DNA of 63,269 bases, the filler included, from Choristocarpus tenellus KU-1152 (lineage: Eukaryota > Protista > Phaeophyceae): NCBI GenBank assembly GCA_964200185.2. It is 11 parts of 11 records of this genome, joined end to end, with 100 filler letters (N's around TTAATTAATTAA, not from the genome) between each part and the next. Parts side by side here need not be neighbours in the genome. Positions count along the whole stretch, not along the records: positions 47,914 to 53,170 come from CAXNAD020011340.1; positions 53,271 to 55,991 come from CAXNAD020025315.1; positions 56,092 to 60,456 come from CAXNAD020014894.1; positions 60,557 to 63,269 come from CAXNAD020025379.1; 7 more parts are not named here. One strand, 5' to 3'. The position numbers and the translations under genes were made by a program. The number at the start of each line of letters is the position of its first letter. Position 1 is the first letter of the stretch. This document shows, piece after piece, positions 51,001 to 63,269 of this stretch. A model generated the notes under the pieces. The model made no database searches. It was not told the DNA's origin and worked only from the letters and a program-made list of their open reading frames with translations.

Positions 51001-52912
51001 AAATCAAGCCCTTCTTGCTGGTCCTCAACAAATATGCAATCACGTGTAAGAAATGTCTTTGTTTTGAGAGAGTGTGTGTTTTAACTTGGGCGTGAATACG
51101 TTTCTAGCCCCCCACGGCCACCGTATCTATAGCCCCAACCCCAACCCCGATGACGTAAAACGCGAGATTTTGTTCTTCATTGTCCCTAAAAGTTGAGATT
51201 CGAATGGAGTCAGCAGGCCGGAAACTGTGATCGTCTCGCATGCAAGCCTTGGCAGAATACAAATTCTCTCCGAGAGCAGGGCACCACAAGTACATCAGTG
51301 AAGATAGCATGTCTCCAATTTACCCCACTTAGAATGAACGCATTGCGATTTGGTCTTTAGTTTTAGTGTGTGCATTTTTTGGTTGCTTGGAACCTTGCAT
51401 TGTTCTGTCTCCTTACCAACAGCCGCTATTTCTGTACTTGAAGATCGCCCGTATGCACCCTGTTTAGGTGTTGTCCGACCCTGGCTGTTGACGTTCAAAT
51501 CTGTGAGAAGTAAGAGTAACCTGGAGGGGTTGCATTTTAAGGGCGGTGACAAAACGTGTGCAAATTTCGACTTCTTTGTACAAGTGCAGTTGTTGTGTGT
51601 GTGTGTGTGTGTGTGTGAGGATTTTTTTTTTTCTTAATTCTGTTGAATTTTTTTTTTAAATGATGAGAGAAATGAACTTTCTCAAGTCTAGTCTTCGTAC
51701 TTCATTATCCATAGAAATAAAAATATGAGTGAATTGCAAAAGGTTGACCATCTGACAATAGAACTGCAAACGACCAGAAGCTGGGTATCTCGCGTTTTTA
51801 CTTCGAGTCAGCAGTATTAGTGTTTTTGCCTCCGTTGATAAAAAACTATACAATCTGCCCTGTCCGTGTCTTCCCATCTATTGCTATACTACTATGCAAT
51901 AGTGGATTAAATCTGGCTCTGGTATTGCTGGGGGGGGGGGGTTGCTTCTTTTTTTTGGAAGCAATAGGAATGAAATATGCTGTCGCACTAAACTCTTGTA
52001 TATACTATTTTAGTACATGTTCCAGAAGAGATTTATTATTGCTCCGGAGTACTTCGTAGTGCTCCGAGTGTATGTGTAGAAAATGACACCTGGACAACTC
52101 GCCTCAACCGATCGTGGAGACCTACTATGTTTTTTTTTTACCTATTCAAGATTAATAAAGGCTCATCCCTCTGTTCCCCTTTCAATCTCTTGTGTTCTAA
52201 CACAAATATGTGTGAGAGAGTAGTTTCCCACCTCTTGCTTACGACAAACCTTTGATGTTTCTGTTCCTTGTGTCCTCTTCTCCTTGTCCTTTGCTTCCTT
52301 GTCCCCTGACCTTTGTGTGGCCTTACTCCCATTTCTTGACGTCATTTGTACCTTGCTGTGCCCTTGCCCTTGTCCCCCGGTTCCTTGTGGATTTTGAAAT
52401 ACCTTCTGACCTTGGATGCGAATACATTGGTTGTCGACTCTTCCAGTGAGGAGCTGAGCCTTCACAGTTACATGCTCTTCTATGAGGTGTGTTGTTGTTG
52501 TTGTTGTGTGTGTGTGTGTGTTTCTTACAATAGTAGAAAAAAGTAGTTTTTGTTTGTTGTTGATGGAAAGAACACCTGTCTGTGTACTGTCATTGAAGTT
52601 GGGTGTAGTAGTCTCTTTGACTGTATTAGAGTGGAAGAATAGGAATGAGAGATACAAGTCAGTGGACAGATGCCGTGCCCGATCACACTTATGCAGTGCC
52701 ATGTCATGTCAGTACTGATAATAGTACCGTTAATGGGGAAGGGGAGGTTGTCAAGCGAATGTCTCCCATGGCTGGATGTGACGTACCGAATCTATCCCAT
52801 TGGTGCAAAATGTTACCCTTCATTTTATTCACATGATACCCCCTTTTTGTCCTAGTTCTTTGTTAATCTTGTCGTGACTCCTCCCCTCCAGACAAATGGA
52901 GCAGACAAATGA
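48042..52912 (+). CDS. Ubiquitin-specific protease (peptidase C19, CYLD-like), C-terminal part
   Basis: In-frame exons: 48042-48249 (LPMVLKRY...VIVPHRLDFSNF); 48632-(48738 or 48936) (His box LRSAVCHVGGDSLDRGHYVAY); 49489-49722 (WLRLDDL); 52447-52486 (SYMLFYE); possible last exon 52892-52912. Confidence 0.82.
50063..50493. mobile_element. Fold-back (long inverted repeat) element in a USP intron
   Basis: 50134-50276 is the near-perfect reverse complement of 50337-50478; outer ends are taaggggtagtg and cactacccctta. Confidence 0.85.
50500..51310 (-). mobile_element. Internally deleted Copia relic (pre-integrase fragment plus RNase H)
   Basis: PALGENLYS (51104..51310); GWTDADHA...SVSG...VSWWSRKE...SSTSEAD...YIRYHYVR (50534..51043). 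Confidence 0.85.
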
Positions 52913-53289
52913 CCAAGGTATTTTAGAGCAGCAGAGACTCAGTGAGGGCAACCCACAGGATTGCTTGCATGGTCCAACTGAGTCTCCAGCAGGGTCTTTA
53001 TGCGACCGTAATGTTTTTGTCACATGTTCACTTACGACTTGTTTACCATGGGATGAGGGTGCCCGTGGGATCAGTTATTGCCCACCCCTTCATCCCCTTC
53101 CCCCCTCCCCTATTCCCCACTCATTGGCACCTCCCTCCCACAACCCCCATTCCACCGATACCCTACCTCCNNNNNNNNNNNNNNNNNNNNNNNNNNNNNN
53201 NNNNNNNNNNNNNNTTAATTAATTAANNNNNNNNNNNNNNNNNNNNNNNNNNNNNNNNNNNNNNNNNNNNCCCCCAGATACTTTGAGCC

Positions 53290-53580
53290 TTGTCCCGAAT
53301 GCTTTCGGTTACACATTACCGTAATCCATACCCTATTCTGCACAGACGTCATTGGTAAGTTTGGTGTTTCAGCAATGCCCTGCTTTGTTCAGACCGTAAA
53401 TTTCCTTGCTCTGCTATCCAACCGCTCCTGGGAATGTTTTCCAGTATTTCTTTTCTATATCATCTCGATCCCAACCATAAGCTTTCTTTAGGGAGTGGTA
53501 CTTGATCCCACACCCCGTTGTTAATCATATCGGTCATGTCCACATCTGTTGCTCCTTTCCGATTCAGGTAAAGGTCACAC
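53290..53580 (-). mobile_element. Copia RT relic, preceded by a MITE family A end at 53271-53289
   Basis: Minus strand: MINNGVWDQVPLPK...LGSR and KEIYGLNKAGHC*NTKL (like KAIYGLKQAGRCWN). Confidence 0.6.
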
Positions 53581-53585
53581 CGCAC

Positions 53586-53621
53586 GTCTTTGATGGTCTT
53601 TGATGGTCTTTGATGGTCTTT
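53586..53621 (+). repeat. 10-bp minisatellite (gtctttgatg)x3.6
   Basis: Directly visible in sequence. Confidence 0.85.
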
Positions 53622-55112
53622 GGCTCTGGTGGTAGGGAGTTCGCCAGTCCCTACGGTAACGCTAATCCAGCTTGCATCGCCATTTTATTGCCAGTTTGAA
53701 AAATCTCCACAATGGCAGTGTCGTTCTTCACTCCACCCTGTCTAAGTATGCCGCACATTGCTGAACCACCCGGCTCTATGGCTGTTGCTGTGACCATGCC
53801 TGGTGCGTGTAGCCATGACAGGATGTTGTTACCCGTAAAATAATATATATTTTCTTTAGTCAATATAGTGTTCTTTTGGGAGGTTAATATTGCTCCTGCT
53901 GCTGCCCTGCTGCAACTTTTAGCAAATCGGAGTTCCTCTTTATAAGGTTCTCCATACGTGTATACTGCTCCCGCTTGTTAGAACTCGGGAAGAAATACTG
54001 GTGCTATTCGCCTGTAGCAGGACCAGGAAGTTGTTCCAAGTACCCTACACCACCTCTCCCGCAGTTTAAAAAAAAGACCTACGTATGTGTGTTGTACTAT
54101 AGCATTTGACTGTTCTACCGCCAACAACAATCAATTGTGACTGTCAGCAAGCCTTGCCAGGTCTAAAAAAACGACAGAATGTTCACCTACTAGGTCTTCT
54201 CATTGCCCATTCATTGGGTGATGCAATCGAGACATTTACGAACACAACTGCCTTGGCCTCATAACCTGGGCTCGAAACTCCCATTGATTGAGTATCACCA
54301 AACAGAAACTTGATTAGTCTCCTCTCCTCGACAATTAATTGTATGGGTCCGTCCACACAGGGACAAGGGAGCTATTTCAGTGTAAAAAAGTGTGCTTGAT
54401 GTACAGTTAGTTGCTGTATATTTCCTCAAGGAAGGACAAAGAATGTCATTCTTTTGGTGTCATTTGTTGTTTTAAGCCATCCTAGTTCAACTCCTTAGTA
54501 CACCGAGTACCCCGTGTTTGGTACTGTCGTCCGCTTTGAAGTACACTGGTCCTAAGATGGTTCTGACCAGAGTACTTCAGCTCTGTACTTGTTGCTTTCA
54601 GTGAGGGGAACTTAAGGTCCAATCGAATTCTTAACAAGAAATGACACTGCCACCACCTTGTCGAAACATCAGTCTCAGTAACCACCTTCACCCATCATCC
54701 TTGCCCTTACTAAAGGCAAAGAAGTCCACCTAGCCTCTCCCACCGATCACAGATTCCTTACAGGTTCAAACAATTCCATGGGACAATTTCGAGTTCCTGT
54801 AAGTTACACCTGGTGCAAAGGCGTCAAATCACAATGGCAGTTACACCATACCCTCCATGTTACAGCACTGAAAAGGAAGTAGTGCACCATGAAGGAAGCC
54901 TTTGTTCGGGCTGTCTCAACCCTCTCAGAATGCGGTATGTTTGACTTTTGAAAAGGAGAACCTTCACCCAAGCAAAGGGCACAGAAGAGCCCAACTGTGG
55001 AGGGTAAGCCATCTGTATCAGTTGTGAAAGTACTCTTACTTTCTGAGGAGAGTTGCAGAAAAAAATGACTTACAAATCTACCCTCTGGAAACATTTGGTG
55101 ACAGACTGCTCC

Positions 55113-55372
55113 GAGCCAAAGTATGTTAGAGGGTAGAGCCGTGTCCATTTGGGGGCCAAAATCCAATGTTGTGATTTCGATATAATTTTGACCATTGTGT
55201 TTGTTAGGAAGTGTAAATATCCTTGTTTCGGACACACCTTTTCACAATGTATACATTTTACCTACTCCTTAACATTTTGGAGTAGGAAAATATCATAAAA
55301 AAGAACATGGGAAGTCAAGTCCCAAATGGACAAAACAGGGCAAAACTCGAACCCTCTAAGATACTTGCACTC
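55113..55372 (+). mobile_element. MITE family B, full length (260 bp)
   Basis: gagccaaagtatgttagagggta ... aaccctctaagatacttgcactc. Confidence 0.9.
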
Positions 55373-57359
55373 TTGTCCTAACCCTAGCACCATTTGAATA
55401 CTAGTCAATCCTATATCAACTGCATGCCAGTAGATGCCCAAGAATAAAATATTAAATGTAAATTCAATGCTAAAAGAATGGTTAAATAGTGAAGGCACAA
55501 TTGTCACCATTGTACATAGAGCATCTGAGTATCAATACAGACATACTAAACTGACGCAGTAAATGTAAACCCTTTAGTATCTATTGCACTACATGACATT
55601 GCACACTTTACCCTGAATTTCAAAATAAGCAACCTGTTTCCAGTGTTGTGAGGGAAAATAAGCCTCTTCTATATATAGTACAGAAGGGGTCTTTTTTTCG
55701 TTTTTTTTTCTCTTTCATGTGCTTGAGTCATTAAAATAAAAAATCAATGTCTGAGGCAGAGGTCTATCAATGTATGCTCAATTAAACCAACCCAACCAAG
55801 ACCAGTGCATCTTGAACCCTAGCCCACCTCGCCTAGACTAGGGCCCTTGCAGTACAACATTATAACTATCTCCATTATTAATACTGTTGTGGCCTGCATG
55901 TGGCTAGAGAGCCCTCCCCCCCCCCCCCCAAAAAAAAAAAAACAAAAATATTGTTTGCCCTCCTTTACAAAAAAAAAATATGTATTCGTACNNNNNNNNN
56001 NNNNNNNNNNNNNNNNNNNNNNNNNNNNNNNNNNNTTAATTAATTAANNNNNNNNNNNNNNNNNNNNNNNNNNNNNNNNNNNNNNNNNNNNCACCGCCAC
56101 CATCGATAGTCAAACGACTCCACCAACCGCACTAATTATTCAAGCAAGCAAGCACCTTCATCGGGATGGATTCCCATTCGTAGCGGGGCCTTCCAAAAGT
56201 GCCGCAACATTAAAAAATATATGTATGTGCACTTTCCGCACACCAATCCGCGTCTCGCTCATCCTCAATAAAAAGCTCCATCCTCCATTTTGATGATCGG
56301 CTGTTTTTTGTCCATTCAAAAGAAAGAAACCCCCATCTTATTCACACATTATTATTCTGATGGATTCCATCCTCCTTTGCGATGGAAAATGGTATGGAAG
56401 TAAGGCAATATACAACCAAGTGTTTGAGTTGAGGCAGCAAGAACCATAAAAGAAAAATAAAGGACTGGAAGAAAATTGAATAAGATAAGAGTCAAACTAT
56501 GTGAGATGGAAGTAGGTTTGCATTTTTAGAATTCTGAGAATGGGCTAAAAGGTGCCATTTGTGTACAATTGCACAAAGAGACGGACCACCCCTTCTTGAT
56601 GAATGGAAGTGTCACTTTGTATGTAAGAAGGGGTAATGTCATTTTTTGTCTACACTATTAGGGACATACTAAAGCACTGAATTAGAGATGGATAGGGTAA
56701 AAGAAAGATGGTATAGAATGCAATAGGGTCACTCTCCAATGTTTTGAAATAAGAAAAAATAATAATAATGGAATAGAACCCCTCAACACTTCCATTTTCC
56801 CAATACTTGAAATTGTCCTGGGGACAGGAACCATTCAGTCACGGGGGGGTGTTGAGAATCACCAGTTTTGTGACGGTTGTGTGGATGCTTTCAGCAAACC
56901 AGAACCTCTCTTAGCCATCAAATCTTGGGAGAAGTTTGAATGGAATCTCGGATCCGATGGGTGATGTCAATACTTGTGATTGTCAACGGCAAGCGGTCTG
57001 AGAATTCTAAAGACTTTTGTGTGTTGGATGTCGACGGGTACATCACCAATTACACATAAATTTGCGAGTAATGCACCTGTGTACGCGGGCGGATCTGGAT
57101 TGGATTGAGATCATCTCCAACACATCTGTCTCTCACAAAATATAAAATATCAAAATATAGCAGTGATACGATTTGCATATCGCAAAAAACAAGAGGTTGT
57201 TGCATGAGCGTCATCGTATCGTTTTCTGATATAGGAGGATCTTGAAACGTCAACCAAACATCACCATACGACCCCCGGCCTCATCTCTCCTTTCTTTCCC
57301 CTCCATGAAATGGTACGGGGGGGAAGAGAGGGAGGCAGTAGAGGAAACAAAGTGAAGGG

Positions 57360-59249
57360 ATGGGGACGACTTCAAGAATGAGATCTATTCGAGACCTGAA
57401 GTTCCGCTTGACTTGTCTGCATGATCGCCTCGAAGATCGACCCAACGATAGGAGAACAACCGTTCACATCGGTGAAAGCTAATATTTCAGTTTTGGAGTC
57501 CGTCGAATGGTTTGTTGAGTCGGATGTTGCGTTGATGGAATCTTTACGAGGTTGGTCTATTTCGCAACAGGGTGTCGAGATGTCTGGCGATGTATTAGTT
57601 AAACTGCTTATTGAGTCCCATATCTCGCCACCTCTCACATGGTCCTATTTTCTCCAGCTGACCTGCAGTATACCCTAGGATTCTATGAAGAATCACGTCA
57701 GTCCATACTGCGAGCATTCGAGCTTGGACATGAAGGCGATGGGTTTATGCACTTGCGCCTAGCTAGAGCAATCCTTCGATTGCATGGCAACTGTGGGTTG
57801 GATGTACATCGTGACTTGGAGTCTGCTCTTTCTTCGTTTAAGGAAGCTTTGAGTTTCGAGGAATTATCGGACAATGCCGTGCACTACCTTGAGGTGACAC
57901 GAGATTTGGTGCAAGGCTATAGGACATTTGGTTGGCAAATGAATGCGCAATTTGTGCAAGGATTGACTAGGGTTGTCAACAAGTTTCCACATGCGCAGGC
58001 CAAATAGTTGAAGACATGAAGCATTCCTCTGCTGGTGGTCTGAGTGCGTTTCCTTTTATTTTTTCACAACCATGCCAACATTCATTCAAGGCATTTTACA
58101 TGCCATACAGTTCCTCATCCTAGTCTAGTAAAAATGACACATAAAGTGAGCACTACAAAATACACTTCGTGTGGAGTAATTGTTGGACAATGATGTGCTT
58201 GCTCCTTCAGAAGATCCATGCTGAATCCTCTAGGCTCTCAAAAAAAAGTTCGGTGCTGATCAATCATCAACCTTTTTTGTCAATAAATGAACATATCTCC
58301 AGGTGGCCTCAGTGTACTTGAAATTGAACGAATCACAGAAGATGATAAACACCTTGGCCACAGTGATGATGCGATGGCCAGTGAGTGCACTGCTTCCAGG
58401 GTATTTGAATGAAGTCCAACTGTAGAAATGCAATGCCATGCCATATAGGACGCAGCCAGATTTCTTGAAGTTACTTTACAGCATTCAAATAGTGGTACGA
58501 TGCTGCAATCAAGCTGGAGAGTTGAAGAGTATTTTTTCGGTGTGCCAAGGACATTCTGGTGTTGGACAGGCAAGCAAGGTCTCCAATTGCCACACTGCCT
58601 GATTTCTGAACCTGTGAGAGACTGATTTGAATAAAGGACTTGGGTCAAGAGAGGACAAACTGAGACCCAGAGTACCTAGGGGGGGGGGGGGTCTACACCA
58701 GGGTGTCCATAAGGGGCAAAAACAAGGAAAAGGGCATTTACATTATTCNNNNNNNNNNTTGAAGAAATGGGTTGGGTCAAGGGGGGGAAAACTGAGACCC
58801 AGAGGACCTAGGGGGGGGGGGGTCTACACCAGGGTGTCCATTATGGGTCAAAATCAGGAAAAGTGCATTTACATTATTCATCCGATGTATGCAACCAAAT
58901 CACCCAGAAATCGCGACATGAAATAATTGACCCCAAATGGACAGCTGCTACCCTCCCCAGACACTTTGAACCTGATGTTTATCTTGTATACCAGGTCGAT
59001 GGGGCTGCGGAGCTGGAAAGACTGTGTTGATGCACTCAAGCAACAAATGTAGTTTTTGTCTCCACTACGCTACACTCAAACTAATAGAGTAGAATGAAGC
59101 ACGATGTCATTTGCCGTGTGGTTGTGTCATGTAATCTATACCCCTCTGCTCATTCTCAGCACTCTCCAGAGGCATCACTGGCGACGGAGATGTGTGCACA
59201 AGCCCTTTTTTCTCGCGGACAACTAGCAGAAGCCCTTCCTCTCTACAAG
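57360..59249 (+). CDS. TPR-like helical repeat protein, 5' part
   Basis: Exons 57360-57471, 57658-57893, 58303-58380 and 59160-59249 join in frame: ...EDRPNDRRTTVHIADLQYTLGFYEES...HYLE|VASVYLKLNE...MRWP|HSPEASLATEMCAQALFSRGQLAEALPLYK. Confidence 0.75.
58796..58972 (+). mobile_element. MITE family A in a TPR intron, TSD TGA
   Basis: tga|gacccaga...cccagacactttgaacc|tga. A partial duplicate at 58664-58748 lies before a 10-N gap. Confidence 0.8.
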
Positions 59250-59282
59250 GTTAGGGTTAGGGTTAGGGTTAGGGTTAGGGTT
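59250..59282 (+). repeat. Telomeric (GTTAGG)5 repeat starting exactly at a splice donor
   Basis: ctctacaag|GTTAGG x5 + GTT. Confidence 0.9.
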
Positions 59283-59451
59283 GAAACGGAGCTTCCAAGA
59301 TGCAGTACACATTGCTGACAGAGAGGTGGCTGGTTGCGAGCAACCCGCCCCATACATGTGACAGTTGTCTGTATATCGAACAAATGCTTTTTTGTCTCCG
59401 AAGTAGAGCAAAGTTTTCTGAACGTAGATTGGACGATTGCTTCGAGCGGTT

Positions 59452-59727
59452 AGGTCAAAGTATCTTAGAGGGTAGAAGCCGTGTCCATTTGGGGGCCAAA
59501 ATCCGATGTTGCAATTTCGATGAAATTTTGGCTTTATTGTGTTTGTTAGGAGATGTCAGTATCATTGTTCTGGACACTCCTTTTCATAACGTAAACATTT
59601 TACCTACTCCGAACCACTTTGGAGCAGGTAAAATGCCATTAAGAACCCGACCCGTGGGAAGCCAAAGCCCCAAATGGACAAACAGGGAAAGAACTCGTAC
59701 CCTCTCTTAATAAGACACTTTTCACTC
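59452..59727 (+). mobile_element. MITE family B
   Basis: aggtcaaagtatcttagagggta ... gacacttttcactc. Confidence 0.88.
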
Positions 59728-59849
59728 GATTTTCTTCTTGCGGGGGGGGGGGTGACTTCAACAAAATGCCTGCTGCAGCTCATCCCTCTTAAATACTTTG
59801 GGTCTCACCATCTTTGTCTGCTGGACGGGGTCGCACATGTTTAGTGTAT

Positions 59850-59950
59850 TTGACATTGACATTGACATTGACATTGACATTGACATTGACATTGACATTG
59901 ACATTGACGTTGACATTGACATTGACATTGACATTGACATTAACATTGAC
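59850..59950 (+). repeat. Hexamer microsatellite (TTGACA)~16
   Basis: Directly visible, with two variant units. Confidence 0.95.
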
Positions 59951-60556
59951 CCCGGGCCAAAGCAAAAGAGAGGCACACCCAGTTTTTTCGATCTCGATCG
60001 ATCGTCTTGCTACACGACGAGTCAAGCTTCTTTTTTTTTCTTTTTTTTAATCTTTTGAATTTTTTTACCCGTTGAAGTGCCAAGTCTTTCGAGTTGTTGT
60101 CGAGAGGGTTGATTCTTAACGTTGCTCGAGAGTTGAGTTTCGGATGCAGTCGAGAAACTGTCCCACGCGCGTTAGAGAAAAAAAGAAAAGAAAAAAAAAG
60201 ATGAATTTTGAACATAAATAATAAATAAATAAATAAATAAACCTTTTTGCATGCTACTCCGGGTCACTCTCGTTTTCTTTGGCTCCCCCCAGTTCTTCGA
60301 GTGGAGAGTCTCTAGTTTTACCTCTTCCCTATCACATGGCTTGATAGAACCACTTCCGACTCTCTCGGGGGGAGGGGGGGGGGGGGGGGGGGGGGCTGCG
60401 CCCGGGTGTCCCTTTTTTTTGTGTGAAAATTGCCGTTATCTTATCCTTCCAACCCCNNNNNNNNNNNNNNNNNNNNNNNNNNNNNNNNNNNNNNNNNNNN
60501 TTAATTAATTAANNNNNNNNNNNNNNNNNNNNNNNNNNNNNNNNNNNNNNNNNNNN

Positions 60557-60626
60557 CCAAAAATCGCGACATACAATAATTGACCACAAATGGACAGCCG
60601 CCACCCCCTCCCAGATACTTTGAGCC
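60557..60626 (+). mobile_element. MITE family A right end
   Basis: ccaaaaatcgcgac...ggacagccgccaccccctcccagatactttgagcc. Confidence 0.8.
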
Positions 60627-63183
60627 AGTGAGGACTTTCTGAGCTTTTATGGGAGTGGCGTAGTACAAAATAGGCCCCGGATTGCCCACTACCTCTATCT
60701 AGTTGTACCTATGTTTTCACAACCTGTTTGTAAGACCAGCCACGCATTGATTGAAGCACAGCTTGTAATTAATTTCAGGTAAACTTAGTGGTTTTGCGCG
60801 CTTTCTATTAACAAAACACGGAGCTCATTTATCCTGCGTGCCTTCACCTGCTTGCTGCAAACATTCTTTAACTCCTTCCTAAATCCAACCCTTCTTTTGT
60901 GCTGTAGGATTCCTGCAACAGGCCGACTCCTCCCTGCATGTGCGCACTCTACTAGTCTTATAAAGGTCGAGGGGATGGGGGATATTTCAAGGCATTCTAA
61001 TGACCCAAGATGATGTATACAGCCAGTCCGTTTTGGGAAATGATGCTATTCGTTAAATTATCCTCTAACCTCTCCAAGTATTATACCCTGGAGTAGAACA
61101 ATTTCTTGGTTTGGTTCCTACTATATTTCCAGTGTTCGCTCCAAGCATCTGGTCTAATATATCAACCCGAATCACGGGTCCTGTGTGTACTGTTTGTGAT
61201 GGGTGAAGTGTGTAAGTAGTCTCCCATCTTGTACTACTATATTATGCCAAGAAATGAATTTCACACATTTGCAATCACTTTGTCAACCCTTTGTACTTCA
61301 ACTTACTCTCACAAGTACTTCTGTGTTCAACAGTAAATCACCTGCGACTAATCTTGTGATAGAATCAATCTCACACGTGTGCTATTTATTCCTTGGCCTT
61401 TGAAACGTTTTGTAATGTGCTCACATGTCGTTGTTGTGTTGAGGAGGAATCGGGGTGGACTATTGACACTACACTTAGGCAGCCGTTTTCAACTACACAT
61501 ATTTTCTTGTTTCGTTCCTAGTTACAAGCGCAGGAGGATTGAAAGTAAACAAGACAAGTGTATTTGCCTTGTACTATACACACATCGGACAAACCCATCA
61601 CGTAATAGTCTGATGCCCTCTCTACTTATTGAGTACCTATTTTACAGGAGTTGTCGCTGAATATTTGAGATCCTTACATCTCTCTTGAACTACTGTGCTT
61701 CCATAGCTCTCTGGAGGATTTATCTGTGTTGATGTGGCCAAACTTCATCTTCTCTCCTACAGCCACAGCCTTTTTTATGGGGGTTAGTTGCACTCGGGCA
61801 TGTGAATAAAGTGTCAGGAGGCAGAAGTTCTAAGAAACAAAATCTCTCCGGGGCACTCAGAAGGGCCAAAACAGACCACTAGAAACATAGGATGGCTTGA
61901 ATAATGTAGGAGTGTTTTGAGGAATTGCATCGACCTTATTTCCATGCACTACATTGTACTAAGTTTGAAGTATTAGTAGAAGAGCAGGTTCAATGATGTT
62001 CACCTGAAGTGCAATGTAGGTCATACCCTATCATGCAATATAATTCAGTGCCCTTGCATGTCCAACATATGACAGTTTCAGAGGAATCTGACTGCGTCAC
62101 AGATGTGGTGTCATGAATCCAGATGACGATAACCTATGCTTCGAAGTATATATCATTTTTGAAAAGAACAAGAGTCAAATTACAACAGCTTGCCACATAC
62201 CTTTCAGTGGATTATCTCTTCACGAGATACTCAAATACCGTATAAATGATTTAACTTCAGAAGCAGTAACAGGAGCATTCATGTGAGCATGGTCCTGCAA
62301 GCACAACAGGCCTACATGTTCTAAGGAGCTTGAGAAAAAAAAAGTTCCTGCTGTCCAAGAACCATTAATGAAACAACATGTACATGTACACGTACAACGA
62401 TATTACGGTACTTCAAAGAAAAAAGAACGAAATCAAGGTGGTTATGGACCAAAAACGGACAAATTTCAGTGGGTTGATGCCGTAAAAATGTCGTTCGGTG
62501 GTCAACGGAATAGTCTTTGATAGAGAGGGAGGAAATGATGATTGTACACTGAGGTTGCACTTTCGACCATTGGTTGTCCCCATGGTTATTTTCGTGTTGT
62601 GTATCAAGTCCCACTGAACAAACTTCCTGAAGATTCTCAATGGCGCGATGAAGTAGTCAGTACTTTCGTTTGTGTGTATATATATGGGATATCTTTTGTT
62701 GTGTAGATCTAAAGTTGTAGCCCTTTTGTCCAGCTAAACTTCCAGTCTCACAGGCATCTCCACCTTTGTCTTGGTGCACGTGCGTGTGTGCGTGTTGAAG
62801 GAGATGGAGTGGAAGTGTAGTGGTGGCGGTGGCATATCAATTAAGTAATGCCCAGCTAGATGACAGTAAATGGGCAATTGCTTGCGGAGCCCAGGGCATT
62901 GAAGAAAGTACTTGATAGTGCATGCATTCTAAACAAGAGGGGTGCTCGTGTACGAGCAACATACAAGTCACTCAAATAAGTGAATTGTTTAATTCTGGGG
63001 ATAGTTCCTCCTCGCCCAATCTGATACTTCCTACTGCAGTACATAGAAATCAATGCAAAAAGACCTCATAGCAGGCCCCTCCAAATCTCCCCGAACCGAT
63101 AATTCGGGGCACCTCAAGGAAATATATATTTTTCTTAAATATATATATATTACTTGGAACCTTTTGTTACGGCTACAGTAGAT

Positions 63184-63269
63184 GAGAAAAAATATCTTAG
63201 AGGGTACGAGTTTTGCCCTTTTTGTCCATTTGGGGCTTGGCATCCCATGTTTTTTTTTAATGACATTTT
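63184..63269 (-). mobile_element. MITE family B, cut by window end
   Basis: gagaaaaaatatcttagagggtacgagttttgccc...tggggcttggc. Confidence 0.8.

Noticed and set aside
58628-58880. Tandem duplication of a MITE A copy and its flank
   Set aside because: The copies flank a 10-N gap with noisy mismatches, typical of an unmerged contig overlap.
58996-59049. Extra TPR-gene exon
   Set aside because: No phase-compatible open frame; exons 58303-58380 and 59160-59249 join directly in phase 0.
59758-60058. ORFs with DI/LT/VN/SM dipeptide runs, and TTGACA as bacterial -35 boxes
   Set aside because: A simple hexamer microsatellite in a eukaryotic intron.
62200-62780. Exon-like minus-strand segments
   Set aside because: No recognisable domain and stops in the candidate frames, so a gene call cannot be supported.

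Overview
Eukaryotic, intron-rich, transposon-laden genomic DNA, most consistent with a photosynthetic stramenopile of the brown-algal lineage or a close relative (inferred from 72-nt single-repeat LRR exons, a bipartite signal+F plastid presequence and TTAGGG repeats). It is not one locus: eleven contigs are joined by ten artificial 100-nt spacers (44 N + TTAATTAATTAA + 44 N), so adjacency across spacers means nothing. By manual GT/AG splicing I reconstruct partial genes for: an LRR protein built from tandem exon+intron cassettes (2649-6132), a Cys-less soluble-transhydrogenase-like flavoprotein, a DGK1/dolichol-kinase-family enzyme, a CNNM/DUF21 transporter, PC-esterase/NXPE-like exons, a CYLD-like ubiquitin-specific protease and a TPR-like protein. 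The rest is degenerate Copia, Gypsy, plant-type mariner and RLE-type non-LTR relics, two MITE families sharing a TIR core, a fold-back element, a probable solo LTR and interstitial telomeric repeats. The most interesting signal is the LRR exon-cassette array, where the exons differ more than the intron sequence just upstream of them, with most changes at the variable LxxLxLxxN positions. No prokaryotic systems, CRISPR arrays or RNA genes were found. All assignments are by eye, without database searches.
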